Assembly: GCA_951406725.2 (NCBI GenBank)
Contig: OX597823.1
Location: forward strand, 73,408,001-73,472,000
Length of the DNA stretch: 64,000 nt
Source of the DNA: Octopus vulgaris
Taxonomy: Eukaryota
Direction of reading: 5' to 3'
Positions 42,649-56,802 of the stretch are shown here, in pieces; position 1 is the stretch's first letter; every line of letters starts with the position of its first letter. The translations under genes and the position numbers were made by a program. A model generated the notes under the pieces. It saw only the letters and a program-made list of their open reading frames with translations, was not told the origin of the DNA and searched no databases.

Positions 42649-44006
42649 AGATATGTATATATACAGAAATATATATATATGTATGTGTGTGCGTGTGTAT
42701 GTGCGTGTATGTGTGTGTCTTTGCCTGTGGCTCTGTGTTTGTATTGTTAAATGTTGTATATTGTTGAACAATGCTCACATAGGCAATTAATCGAATGAAA
42801 TACTTTTTGATATAATACACGATTGTTTACAGAGACAGTCCCTTATCACTACCCTCATGTATCGTAAATGTAGTGAACCAGTAAGTAGCCTGTAAATAAT
42901 ATTTAACCAGCGACAATTTTGTTAAGAAAATGCTTAATAGAAAAGAAAAATACCCTTTCTTTTCAATATATAATTTGAGCGGGTGATATGGAGTTTGCTC
43001 CTTACTTTCACTTCTTTACTTTACTTTGATATCTGCCATATTACACATCCACACATCTACCGTGGAGTAAGGTGTAAACTTGTGAGGATGCAAGATTCTT
43101 GAGAAATACAAGGAAGTCAGTATTCAGTAAATTCATTTCTACTCTGTGTTATAAAGCTGCAGATTTTGCGGCTTGGGGAGGTACATTCAGTTATATGGAC
43201 CCCATACTTTATTAGTCCTTAGTGCAGTCACTGTGGAAATAAGAAAGACTAGGTCGGACTCGGTGAAGATTAAACACATATCAGCAACGACGAGAATCAT
43301 GAAATTCTTTATCCATCGACACCGAGTATTAGTCTGCTTATAGACGATACTGTCGACATGTTGTGATCTTCGTTACTTTTCTTAGAATAGAAACATAATC
43401 ATCGTTTTCACTTGTCAGATGATTATCTTTTGCCTCACAGTACTCAACATGAATGAAACTAAATAATTAAAGGAAACCTGCGGCATCAGACATGCTCGTC
43501 ATTTTTATTTAATTGGTATTCAATCAGTACGTCAAGCAAAATCATAATTACAAACCATAATTTACTAACCGCCAGAATTTATTTACAGATCAGTAGTAGA
43601 ATTTAACGAATATACTGCAACCAATTACAGCCAGTTCACTCACCTCCCAACCTTTTAACTGACGTCTGTTTCCCCACAGATCGTTAACTCACTTCTAGTA
43701 ACTGATGTCGCCAAATACTGATTTAACCAACTCTATAACTGTTATGACATGCTGATCATGTGCTCATTTAGTGGACATACACAACTATAATCACTGTTAT
43801 AAGTATTAACTACTTCAAAATCTATTAAGCCGGATTGCTTAGCTTCAATCAGTTCGTTAACTATGAATCCAAATACATATAGATATGTACGTACGTATGT
43901 ATGAATGTCTGTAAATATTTATGTATACATGTATGTATGCATATATTTATATATGTGTGTGCATAACGAGAGACAGACAGACAGACAGATACATACATAT
44001 ATTTAT

Positions 44007-44065
<59 letters not shown>

Positions 44066-44080
44066 AATAGATAGATAGAT

Positions 44081-44128
<48 letters not shown>

Positions 44129-44157
44129 CAGACAAAAAGATAGATAGATAGATAGAC

Positions 44158-44254
<97 letters not shown>

Positions 44255-44595
44255 TGTTTCTTTATTAGCCACACAGGGCTGCACACAGATAGAACAAATT
44301 ACAAGGTAGAGCTTTTCTTTTGGGGGTAAAAAAAAAGGGAGTGGTGGTTTTCGATCAAAAGAGATCGTAAAAGGAAAGAAAGAGGACAAAAAAAGGGAGG
44401 GGTAAAAAAAGGGGGGGGCAAAAAAATGAATAATAGGGATCGTTATCACAGAAATGTCAATATGAAGTGTAAAGGGGAGGACAGGTGAGGTTTACCCGTG
44501 GAAAGAAAAGCCTACGGAAAAGACCACGGTAACCTCGGTCAATGAAGTCACATGTTATATTTCTTTTTTTTTTTTTGCAAATAAGCAACTCTCTG

Positions 44596-44695
<100 letters not shown>

Positions 44696-44734
44696 TAGAG
44701 AGAGAGAGAGAGATACACTAGCACTTTGACACTT

Positions 44735-44950
44735 ACTACGAGGGTTCCAGTTGATCCGATCAACAGAACAGTCTGCCCGTGTAATTAACATGCATGATGT
44801 CTGAGCCCTTTACAGACACGTACCCTTAACGTATTTCTCAGTGATATTCACCGTGACACAGAGGTACTACTCATTTCTTTGCCAGCTGAAAGAACTGGAA
44901 CAATATGAAATAGTGTCTTGCTCAAGGACTCAGCACGTTGCCGGGAATTC
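44735..44950 (-). mobile_element. SINE family C-related fragment
   Basis: GAAATAGTGTCTTGCTCAAGGAC and CAGCTGA motifs as at 15780-15830. Confidence 0.55.
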
Positions 44951-45186
44951 CCGGTGAGATAGATATACATATGCATATATACATAATACAAAATTTAGAT
45001 ATATACGTAGAATTAGATTACTGTGTTTAAATGTTCAGTAGTGCACTGGCACAGTTTGGGCTAACTGTTGCCATCCGTAGTTGTGGTACACTTCCATTGG
45101 ATTTACTTCAAAAGCTTCACAGTGTATAGGCATATAAGAACAAGTCAGCCGACACAAAATATGTCTAGTGAGACTTCATTATCAAT

Positions 45187-45231
45187 GTGCCTGAAGAGAT
45201 CCAGACTTATGGGTCGAAACATATGTTGTAC
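45187..45231 (+). ncRNA. Minimal type I hammerhead ribozyme with intact core
   Basis: GTGC-CTGAAGA-GATCCA-gactta-TGGGTC-GAAAC-ATAT-GTT-GTAC: 4-bp helix I, 6-bp helix II, palindromic helix III loop, AATAAA 2 nt downstream. Confidence 0.8.
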
Positions 45232-45290
45232 CCAATAAATGTCTAATACGAAATCCTTCTCCTACTACCAATTAATGCTATGTGTGTACA

Positions 45291-45342
<52 letters not shown>

Positions 45343-45344
<2 letters not shown>

Positions 45345-45975
45345 GGAGAATTCACAAAAATACAAAAGACGAAGACAGATGGTGTAGACAACAAACATAT
45401 GTATTAGAGATGTATTAGTTTAACGCTCGGGAAGTGAAAATGTCTTTAACGTTTCGAGCCTACACTCTTCCACAGAAAGGAACATAGAAAGAAACAAGGT
45501 GAGAAAATAAGGAATGTGTAGTGGCTAGCGATCTATCATGGCGAATGCCGGACAGACTGGTCATACAGGAGAGCTAGGAATAAGGGAAGATAATGAAGTA
45601 GTGGTGATCCCAAAACGAAGGTGCGCGTGCGTATAAGAGAGCAAGTATGTGCGTGTGGAGGAGGGCTAGTGACCTTCACGTGTGTGTATGTGTAGGTGTG
45701 TAGATGTAGGGCTAGGAAGTGGTCAGTGCGTGGTGGTGTGATGTGATGTGATGTGGTGTTGTGTGGTATGGTCGTGTATGGTGTCGTGGTGTGTGGTGTG
45801 GGGTGATGGCGTTGGGATGTGGTGGAGGCGAGAGTGGGGAAAGCAAGGGTGGGGTGTGGGTTAGGCTGAAGGTGGGGTAGAGGTGGGGTAGGGATGGCGT
45901 GTGTGGGAGTAGGTGCAAGAGACAGGGTGGGGTTGGATGGGATGGGATGGATAGTGAAGGTGGGGTTGGATTGTG
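45343..45975 (-). mobile_element. (TA)n-anchored hammerhead-carrying repeat (copy 2)
   Basis: Colinear with 42141-42648; motif at 45443-45479. Confidence 0.75.
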
Positions 45976-46715
45976 TAGGTCGACTTTGCCTTTCATCCTT
46001 TCATATCGATAAATTAAGTACTCGTGAAACATTGGGGTCTAGGTGATCGACTAGTCTCCTCCCCGAAAATTTCTGGCCTTGTGCCTTCAGTAGAAAGAAT
46101 TATGAAGAAAGGCGGTGGGCGGGCAGAATCGCTAGCTCACCAGCTGCCATGCTTAGCGGATTGACGTCCGTCGTTACCCTCTGAGTTCAAGTTTCACCGA
46201 GTTTGACTTTGCCATTCATCTTTTCGGGATCGACGAAAAATGTACCAGCTGATTACTAGGGTTGATGTAATCAACTAGTTCTGTGCCCCCCATTCCAAGC
46301 CTTGTGCCTATAGTAGAAAGGGTTGTTATTATTATTATGAACTATTGCTAGCACGCCGGACAAAATGCTTAACGACATTTAGTCCGTCATTACGTTTTGA
46401 GTTGAAATTATTTCGGGATCGATAAAATAAGTACCAGCTGACCTCTGCGGTTGATGTAATCTAGTAATTTCATTTAAAACCACTGGTCTTGTGCCAAAAC
46501 TTTAATCCATTAAAGGCAGTGGGTCGGCGGAATCGTTAGTATGCCGGACAAGTTACTTAACGGCATTTCTTACGTTCTGAGTTTAAATGCAACCGAGTTC
46601 GACTTTCGTCCCTTCAGGGTTAATAAAATAACGTACCAGTTAAGTACTGGAGTCGATGCAATCGACTAGCTCGTGCTCGCAAAATCTAGACCCCTTGCCT
46701 ATAGCAAAGAATCAT
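45976..46715 (+). mobile_element. Head-to-tail array of about 4 diverged SINE A copies
   Basis: Repeated GACTTTGCC..TCATC..TTCGGG.TCGA..AAA..GTACCAG...CTTGTGCC units. Confidence 0.8.
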
Positions 46716-47856
46716 TATTGTTTTGAAGACGCAATTTTTCAAGTTACAAGTGTTAGTTTTAAGTACTTAGTTTCCCGAGAAGACGGGAAACGTGAAATTT
46801 TTTTGTAGGTGTTAAGTTTCCGCTTCAAAGAAATATACGAAAATGTTTCTACGCTGAACTTTTCCACCTACCTTGTAATCACAAGTGTATATCTAAATTC
46901 CTACATATACAAATATGTGTGCTTGTGTGTGCATGTATATATATGTATGCATATATGTAAACACACATGCTAACACTACACATACACACATGTACACACT
47001 GGTTTATTGATTGAAAAGAAAATTTCTCTGCGTCACCCATCCATTTCTTATTTATCACAACGAAACATAGTAAGCAGAAATGCTTAACTTCTAGTACGTT
47101 TTTAATATACTTCTTTTCGTATATAAACACACTTGCTTATATGTTATATTTTATAGTATATATATGCCTAATGTCAAATTTTTTCCAAGTTTCTATGATG
47201 TCTGAAACTTTTGTGATTCTGCTTATTGATAATTTTAATTCGTCACATCAGAAAATAAAATACACTTTTTTTTTTTAAATATTTGCTTCATATATTATCG
47301 TGCAATACTCAATTGATATACAACACATAAAGCAGAGGTAATTCTATCAGATATGCATTTATTTCGGCAACATCCTATGTAGATATAAGTGTATGGGTGG
47401 GTGCATGCACACGTTTCTCTCTCTCTCTCTATCTCTCTCTCTCTCTCTCTCACAGACACACACACACACACACACACTTTCCTTCTATAGGTATATATAT
47501 CTATATATCTATATGTATGTATATATACACATACACATATATACACATATGAGCGTGTATGTGCGTATGTATGTATGTATATGTATGCGTGTGAGTATTT
47601 GTGCGTATAAGAATGTATAATATGTAGATATGATTATGTACATTTAGTAAATAGACGTGCGCTCTTATTTACAAAAAGAGACTCCCAAAGTGCAACATCT
47701 GTTTCAAAACAGGATTTCACATCAATTCTTGCAAAGAATTCAATGACTGTGTGTGTATATGTGTGTATATTTATGTATATATATATATATATATAAGTAT
47801 ATATGCATATATGTGTGCGAGTGCGTTTGTATGTGAACATATATATATGTGTATGT

Positions 47857-47920
<64 letters not shown>

Positions 47921-49207
47921 GTATATATGTATATATATAATGTATATATGTATGTATGTACGTATGTATTGGATTTCTCTCCTTTACAGTTGTGTGCCAT
48001 TTTCAGGTGTTCAGATAATCTGTGAAATGTTAGTTTCTTCTTATCTAAGTCATTTGTGATTAAAGATATCCGCGAGACATTCTCTCGCATAAAAATCTTA
48101 TTTCTTTTTTGTTTGTTTTTTTTTTAGATCGAGGCTGATTTCTTTTCTTTTTCCTGTTTTGGCAATACATTTGATTCTCCTTATATACCTCTTTACTGCA
48201 GCTGTAACTTATTTAAGATTTTAAAATTAGTTTTCCTTATAAAATTGGAAAATATTGAAAAACGTATCTGATGAAAAGATTAAGCTTTTAAATGTTTCAT
48301 CCAACACTATATGTATGATTTGGTTCAGAGGTATTAAACAAAAGTGTACACGTACTTTATAGGTAAATTCATATATATATATATCGACTACATTCACACA
48401 TACGCGTGCAGACAAGCACATACACACACACTATATTTTTATGTTCCCGCAGAGTGCATCAGATAATGCATATAAGATAATAGTGTTCAATTTAAAATAT
48501 GTATCTACATTTTTCAATACAAAATAAAGAATTTATAATCGAAGCTATGTGTAGATGTAAAAATAGGAATGAAACGGCATGTTGAGGAAGGAGAACGAAG
48601 ATTAAAAATTAAAAATAATATACTTAAATGTTTTGTATATTGCCACGAACATGCGTAAGCAAATGCTTTGTTCAACTTCTTTAAACCTTTTCCATTATAA
48701 AGTTTAGCTTCAAATCTTTAGAAAAATAAATATAATGCTGCAGTTGAGAGATGCATTTAAAAACAGGATGCATTTCTATGTATGCATGTGTAAATAATTC
48801 TGTCAAATTTTGGAACCAGGCTAGCAATTATAGGGAGAGATGGTAGTCGATAATATCGACCCCCGTGCTTGACTGTTTGTTATTTTATCGACATCGTAAG
48901 GATGAAAGACAAAGCTGACTTCAATGAAATTTGAACCAAGAATGTAAACAGCCGAAATATTTTGCTAGCTCACCGCTTTTGTGTATGTTATAAATAAATG
49001 AAATGACAGCAAAGTGCACAACATGGAAAAGAAAAAATAACTCTCGCTATTAATGAAGTCTAAAATCCTCACATTCAACTCAGTGATTGTAAATATGACT
49101 ACAAGCTTGAAATACAGACAGGAATAAGAGAAGAAAATTTCCAGGAAAATACAAAGTGATACAGTTTAATGGGAAAAGATGTAGTTTTTCGACTACGCAC
49201 GGAACAA

Positions 49208-49323
<116 letters not shown>

Positions 49324-49490
49324 TTAGATAGATAGATAGTTAGATAGATAGATAGATAGATAGCAAAAGCAGTCAATTAACAGAGTTGTTAGAATGCCAA
49401 ATAGCTGTCTTCGGAGCAATCGCTTTTGCTCTCTGTGTTCCGAGTTCAAATCCTTGCTTTTCATTGCTTACCTGTAGTCAAACAAATTAC

Positions 49491-50089
49491 CTGTGCTGTG
49501 CTAAGTTCGGTTCCTTTCTTTTCCTCGCTCTAATTTTTGTCTACAAGTGTTTCTTTCTGGGAGAAATTGGCTGTGGCCAGACTTTAGGATTTATTCCCTC
49601 TGCCAATTCTAAAATTACCCTAAACATAACATGCGACTACAAGGAGCTGTGGACACAAGGTTAGACAAATATAAATACAATCAGTGGACTTATTTCTTAG
49701 ACATATGCTTAATGAATGACATTTCAAGCTCATATGCGGTTTTACCAGATCCCGAAGGATCAGTTTTGTCTCCGTTACAGGAGGTAGTGTTTAAACACAG
49801 AAAGCACGACTCAATATTACCCAAAGATCCTATTTTATTTCTGACCCTAAAGGGATGTAACGTAAATTTAAACAAAGCAGAATGACACCCCAGAACAAAT
49901 ATCACGAAGAATTCTCCCTTATGCTCTATTACCTCCGTCAATTTGATGGCCATTTTTATGAAAGAAATATAATTTCTGGAAACATGACAGAGAGTGTGTT
50001 GCCAAATTTAATATGCTACCATTTTTACAGTTTCCCTATACTTTTTTTTAAATTCACATTCTGGAAAAATCTCAAAATGCCTTCTATTT
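49491..50089 (-). pseudogene. Decayed multi-exon gene of unknown identity (exons about 50089-49933, 49846-49694, 49619-49491)
   Basis: AG acceptors with pyrimidine tracts, 86- and 74-nt introns, an open 153-nt phase-2 exon in frame with the next exon; one donor is ATAAGT and the outer exons have stops. Confidence 0.45.
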
Positions 50090-50764
50090 CTGCAAAATGA
50101 ATTCTATGTGAATACACTGTATGCTAATAATTGCTAACGGGCCGTCACAAATTAGGAATTCCAACACCAGATATTTTGTCTCCTAAGTTGAATGGTTGAA
50201 TTGCCTTTCATTTTGTGCTTGCAAATGTGTGACGGGGTTTGTTCAAAGCCTGTAGAAATATGTTTAAATGCCACAGTTCCTAATAACTCTCTTTCAATTA
50301 AATAAAGACTACTTTCGTCTGTCTAATATATATTTATAGAATTTTACGTGCAATTTATATATTTCTCCCATCAATCCATACTTTGCTTTTAATACTATAA
50401 TATTTTTAAGAGTAGATTGGCAGAATTGTGGGGACGTCAGACAACATATCCCCTGTATTTCTTTAGCATGTTATTTTCTGAGTTCATCTACCACTGGAGC
50501 TGATAAAACAAGGACAGGGTCAACATAATGACAATATACTCCTACAAAAATGTATGATCGAGCTTGTGTGAGAAATTAATATTGTAGGTATTTATGAGAC
50601 CAAGCGCACTTGATAGTGACTTACATTAGCTTCTTGCATCATTAATCATTCTAAATTCAAATGCTGCAGCAGTTAAGCTTGCTTTTCATCGTTTCCGGAT
50701 AGATAAAATAAAACCTTTTGACTATCTGCGAAGTGAGTATTGTAACTTTACTGTCAAATTTCCC

Positions 50765-51155
50765 CAGGCGTGGCTCTGAGGTAAAAAGCTTTCTTACCAA
50801 CCATATGGTCACAGGTTTAGTTCCACTGCGTGGCACCTTGGGCAAGTGTCTTCTTCTATAGACTTGGGCTGACCAAATCTTTGTGAGTTTAGTAGACGGA
50901 AACTGAAAGAGGCACGGTGTGTATATGTGTGTGTGTGTATCCGTGTTTGTCTCTGTGTTTGTCCACACCACCGTTTGGCAACCGGTGTTCATGAGTTTAC
51001 GTCCCCGTAATCTAGCGGTCCAGCATAAGAGACTGAGGGAATACATTCTGGGTTTTAAAATAATATGTTCTGGAGTCGATTTATTTGATTAAAAACGCTT
51101 CAATGATGGCCGCAGTCAAAATGATTGAAATAAATAGAATATAAAAGATAAAAGA
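50765..51155 (+). mobile_element. SINE family B (diverged)
   Basis: GGCACCTTGGGCAAGTGTCTTC core; tail ATGGCCGCAGTCAAAATGATTGAAA. Confidence 0.8.
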
Positions 51156-51648
51156 TTGTTGCTCATTCTTCCAATTAATAAAAAAAAAGTATTACTTATA
51201 TATTGTTGATTTAATCGACCGTGACTTTCCTTCACAAGTATCACTGTGTATTATGGTGAAAAATAAATATTATTGATTTCGAATTTTCCCACAAGGTCAG
51301 CAACTTTGAGACAAGGGATAAGTCGATTACTGGTACTTATTTTAGCAAAACCGCCAGAATTTGAATTCTGAACGTAAAGTTAGAAAAAAATGCTACTAAG
51401 CAATTTTTCCGGTACAGTGACGATTCTGCCAGTTCGCTGCCTTAAATATAAATATTAAAATGATGAAATGGGGAAAAAATGCGGTGTGTTTGATAGAACG
51501 CCATGCTGTAATTAGAAATTCAAATATCGTTTGATGGGGTTACATCTGAGATAGAGAAAAAGAGAGGGAGAGATCTGTTTGACCGGAGCACCCGCCTTTC
51601 ATGTGGAATATTCCACGTTATATTGATTTATAATATAAACACTAGATT

Positions 51649-51791
51649 TCTGAGTTCAAATTCCGCCGAGGTCGACTTTGCCTTTCATCCTTCCGTGGAA
51701 AATAAATTAAGTACCAGCTGAGCATTGGGGCCGATGTAATCGATTTACCCTTTTTCCTGAAACTGCCGGCCTTGTGCCCAAATCTGGAACC
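51649..51791 (+). mobile_element. 5'-truncated SINE A with a 17-bp TSD
   Basis: AATATAAACACTAGATT at 51632-51648 and 51792-51808. Confidence 0.85.
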
Positions 51792-53269
51792 AATATAAAC
51801 ACTAGATTAAATATTTGAGGGAAAGGCATCATCGTTTATATTTGTCCAAATATTTAGTATTAGATTCTTCCCTCAACACCGTTTCAGATGTTAAAGAGTC
51901 CTATTTAAATACTACAAGGCATTTTGGCAGGCCTTCAACGTCTCTACCAATTTAGCTTCCTCTTAGTATCCCAAGTATTCCGCAATTAAATTTTCCCTTT
52001 GCCTAGTAATTACATGAATTGATACTCGGAAAATTAACGTCCAACAGAAATAGACAGCAAAATAACTCATTTGATTTGAAGTCAAGCTCTACGAACTTGT
52101 GTTCCAATAATTCATCCAATCAACTACTTTATCTTGAAAATTTTGAGTAAAATTTAAAATGTAATTTAAGTAAGATTTTGTTTCTTTCATTTGCGTTTTG
52201 CTGTTTAGGAATGTTCATTATTAAATATGAATTGGGAACATATCCTTTTTAGTCAATCAATTATTCAGCCCCTTATCCTTTTAATGTCAATATACAAAAC
52301 AATTAACCTGGAATATTTGCAGTGATATTGAATTTTATTACTTTTATTTTTAATATTATTATTATTCTCCATTAATTCATTTTTTTAGTTCAACTTGACA
52401 CAGGCAATTGAATTTGATTTAGAAAATTGGTTTTCTATTCCACGCTCAGAATTAATTTTAAAACTAACAGAACTATTTTCTCTAAAGTAGTGTTTTTTTC
52501 TATGTCTTCTTTATTATTTTATCTTGTCATTGTTCTCATTTAATTGATTATTTGTTTCCATTATATTTCTGCAATGTTTGTTTTGCGCTCTTTGTTTCTC
52601 TGATATTTTTCTTCCGTGTTGACATTTTTGCGTTCCCATTGACTTCCATATTTCTACATAAAATGTGTTTCCCTTCCTCTGTTCCCCTTTGAATTCCTAA
52701 CAACTTCCCTTTGTCTCTATCTCACGCTAGTTCTCTTAGATTTTCATTACATATTTTTTACAGCACTCCGGCAATTTCGCGTACCTAACATTACTTTTAA
52801 TATTTGTATTCTCATACAAAATTCTCCTACATTCACTTTCCAAAAATCCTTTCCCATCCTCAGTCTTAATTTTTACAATTATCCGGTAATTTCTCACCCA
52901 CTATTGTTGTTTCGCTTCCCCTTACACTCTCGGCAAATGTAAACCAAATTTTAACTCGCTTACTCCGATTGTTTGCCTCTCGCTATATTTAATATTCTCA
53001 TAACTTCATTCTGATCTTGACTAATCAGATCAATATTCTGAATCCCATATGGAAATCCAATAGCAATTAACAACCAACTCTTCCGGGGACACAGGGCTAA
53101 ACATCAGATTGTGATGTTCCTGATTTTCTCGAAACTATAATGGAAGCAAGTGATATAAAGGTTATCTAAAATTAACCTAAAATTGGTAGTGAACTCCATT
53201 TGCTGAGAGTTTACCGTTACTGTGCAGAAGACTTTTACTACTTCTAAGAGTATACTGCCATGAAAACTG

Positions 53270-54120
53270 AAAGGCAAAGTGCACCTTGATCTAAGGAAAA
53301 TTAAACAGGAATGGTGGAATGACAGAGCAAAAGAGGTGCAAGAAACAGCTGATAGAAATGATGCCAAGGGTTTGTACTCTGATGTTAAGGAGGTATATGG
53401 CCCCAAATCTTCTTCAACAGCTCCCGTGAATACAGCAGCTGGACATTTGCTTCTGACTGACACAGTTTCTATTATTCATAAGCGATGGGTAGAATATTTT
53501 TCTGTACGTTTGAATAGATCATCATCTGTTGACATGAGGATGATAGAAAAAATCGAACACCTTCCAGTTATAGAGAAGATGACATTTGAACCAACTCTAA
53601 ATTACATTTATTTAGCTGTGAATAAGCTGAATAACAATAAGTCTCCAGGATATGATGGTATCTGCACAGAGCTCCTGAAATACAGTGACAAAATATTTGA
53701 ACTCTTAAATATGTTAATTTGTCACTGTTGGATAACTGAAGAAATACCGAAAGACTGGATTGATGCCATTTTAGTCTCCTTGTATAAATCGTGACCAAAG
53801 GATCTGTGTGGTCATTTTCGTGGGATTTCGCTTTTGTCTATGTTTGGAAAGGTACTTGCCGGCATTCTGTTAGAACGTTTAAATACCTTCACAGTTCCAG
53901 ATATAGTGTCTGAGTCTCAATGTGATTTTCGCTCCTCCAGGGCACAGTTGATTGTATCTTTACTATCAAACAATTGTAGAAAAAGTGTATTGAACAGAAT
54001 CTTGCCTTATACCATTGCTTCCTTGATTTAAGCAAGGCATTCGATACTGGGAATTGAAATACTCTGTTGCTGATTCTAAGGAAAATAGGTTGCCCAGAAA
54101 AATTTGTAAACATGATCAAG
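53270..54120 (+). mobile_element. RTE-like LINE reverse-transcriptase fragment
   Basis: WWNDRAKEVQ..AD, NKSPGYDGI..ELLK, IPKDWIDA, GISLLSMFGKVLAGILLERL, ESQCDFRSSR, DLSKAFDT. Confidence 0.9.
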
Positions 54121-55488
54121 GGTTAATTTTGGTGATAGGCAGCAAGGAAAATTTTTTTAATCTGACCACATTGAAATTCAAAACGGAGCTAGAAATCTAC
54201 TGGTACATAAATATGCTTGCGAGCTTAAACTTTATATTTGATTTAGAAACACATGTATGGAGGTAGGGCGAGCTTTTATCTTCTTTGCTTTATGATGTAG
54301 CTGGGCAGAGTCAGTTTTCAGTTTACACATACACAGCAATAGCTACCATGGCGGTTATATGACTTTACTTTTGCAATGAAAATTCATTTTATCGTGGAGA
54401 TGCTTTCTCTTCAGTAGTTTACGAAATGTATTTCGAAAGGGAGTGGCATGATACTTATTTCCTGAATGGAACTAAAGGTTCCGTTGTCAGTGTCAAAATT
54501 CAAAGCTATTCTCGATTATTTTGATGTACTACTGATTGTACACCGGTTCAGTATGCTTTTTCTTGGGGCGGGAGAGGGTCAGGCATTACCTATCCAAATA
54601 ACACTGAGTTGAACTTCTACAGTTGCACCTCACTCAAGCTGTCTGTGTATATTTTATCGTTTTTCGGTTGTAGTTAAAGATTTGTCATCTTATGTTGCTC
54701 ATACAGTTACAGTTGGCTTTAACAGAACTTTTGTTATAAATTTTGACAATCGTGTTGAAAGAAAATGTGCATATTAATTAATATAAAAGAAGCCCTTACG
54801 ACAGTAATGAGTATGATATGTTTAAAGCAAAGGTAGTGTTGGATCAGATATTTTCTTATTTTTACGCTTGGCATGATTTATTATGAGTTGTTCTATATGT
54901 TTCAGACACTAGTTAAAGTAATGACTTTCTTGAGCTCTGCGGGGCAACATTATTGAACATACTCCTGTTTTATGAGAGCTCTCATGTCCATCAGCTAATT
55001 TTATATCTAATGTGTTTTTCGGGGGTGGGGGAACAGATACTTGGAGGTTCTATATACGTGTATTGCTTTTTTATTAAGTTTATGACAGTAGTTCGTGTGT
55101 CCACATCTAGGTTCTCAATCAAATTCTTCAAAAGAGGCAATTATCGCCCATCCCACTGAGATTGTCACTGTTATGTCCGTTCATATCATGTGATTCAACA
55201 TGGCATTCTCTGTAAAGTCATATATCGGTGGCTCTTGTTTTTCAGTGTATGTAAGATTCAAAATCAAATTTTTCAGTGAGTTTCAGTATCATTAAATGAA
55301 TTTATCTACAATATCGTTAAAGTACTTTATAGTAGGATCCTGATGAGTTTCTAATGTGTTATGGTTCTTGAGTAGCTCATGTTTCCGTGTATAGAACGAA
55401 ATATGTTCGCAAACTATTCCCTAATCCTTTTTTCTTAGTCTGATGAAATTTCAGATATATTTATTTGATTTCTATCTACGTGAGTGGT

Positions 55489-55652
55489 GTGTGGACGCCT
55501 CCAGACAATGAAGTAGGCTAGCCCAATACGTAGATATAGAGGGAGAAGCCTAGACGTCAAGATGAAAACAGAGAGAGAGTAGAGTTGAGTAGCAGTAGAG
55601 TAGCGTTGAGTAGAAGGCATCCGAACGTGCAACATAAAAGTGACGACGAGGA
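55489..55652 (+). mobile_element. Possible Gypsy LTR remnant with PBS
   Basis: ...AACA followed by GTGACGACGAGG, resembling the TGGCGACGAG PBS of Mag-type Gypsy elements. Confidence 0.3.
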
Positions 55653-55919
55653 TTTCGTAGAACACATAACCACTGTGTAGTATTGCGATATAACAGTGAG
55701 GCACCAAGTTATTATTTATGCTAAATATTGACTCCTACCAGCAACTCAATTACAATCATTTTCCACAAAAATATACATGTGATAGTATGTGATATTATGA
55801 AAACTCGAGCTGGAATGTTATTGTCAAGTTCCTTATAGTTGTATCCTTTCAAGGAAAATAAGATTTATACGTGGAAAAGGAAAGTAGAAATAGCCTCAAA
55901 AGAGGAAAATATGTTGCTG

Positions 55920-56007
55920 CTCACAACGATCGTTTCGACCCACTCTGCATCAATTCCACGCAGGTAGGACACTGTACACCTGGTAGAGGTGCATCCCTCG
56001 TCAGGAG
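55920..56007 (-). ncRNA. Hammerhead ribozyme-like motif with long helix II
   Basis: Minus strand CTC-CTGACGA-...-GAAAC-GATC-GTT; palindromic helix III loop; helices I and II imperfect. Confidence 0.5.
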
Positions 56008-56009
56008 GA

Positions 56010-56802
56010 TAAGTAGGTAGGAAGGTAGGTAGGTAGGAAGGTAAGTAGGTAGGTAGGTAGGAAGGTAGGTAGGTAGGTAGGTAGGTAGGTAGGTAGGTAG
56101 GTAGGTAGTTAGATAGGTAGGTAGGCAGGTAGGTAGGCAGGTAGGTATGTAGATAGAAAGGTAGGTAAATATGTAGGTATGTATGTAGCTAGGTAGCTAG
56201 CTAGGTAAGAGGTAGGTAAGTATGTAGGTAGGTAGCTAGGTAGTCGAAAGGTAAGTAGGTAGGTAGATAGGTAGGTAGGTAGGTAGGTAGGCAGGTAAAT
56301 AGGTAGGTAGGTAGATAGGTAGGAAGCTAAATAGGTAGGTAGGTAGGTATGTAGATAGTTAGGTAGGTAGGTAGGTAGGTAGGTAGGTAGGTAGGTAGGT
56401 AGGTAGGTAGGATACGTATGTAGGTAGGTAGATAAGTAGATAGGTAGGCAGGTAGGTAGGTATATATATATAGGTAGGTACTAGGTAGGCAGGTAAGTAG
56501 GTAGGAAGGTAGGTAGGTAGGTAGATAGGCAGGTAGGTAGATAAGTAGGTAGGTAGGTAGGTAGGTAGGTAGGTAGGTAGGAAGGTAGGTAGGTTGGTAG
56601 GTAAGTAGGTAGGTAGGCAGGCAGGTAGGAAGGTATGTAGGTAGGTAGGTAGGTAGGTAGGTAGGTAGGTAGGTAGGTAGGTAGGTAGGTAGGTAGGTAG
56701 GTAGGTAGGTAGGTAGGTAGGTAGGTAGGTAGGTAGGTAGGTAGGTAGGTAGGTAGGTAGGTAGGTAGGTAGGTAGGTAGGTAGGTAGGTAAGTAAGTAG
56801 GT
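56010..56802. repeat. (GGTA)n tetranucleotide tract, about 800 bp
   Basis: Direct. Confidence 0.97.

Noticed and set aside
45976-46715. Regularly spaced repeats resembling a CRISPR array
   Set aside because: Units are ~190-bp diverged SINE copies; eukaryotic context, no unique spacers and no cas genes
56010-56802. (GGTA)n as a telomere or coding repeat
   Set aside because: Internal simple repeat, also present at about 19870-19930; not TTAGGG
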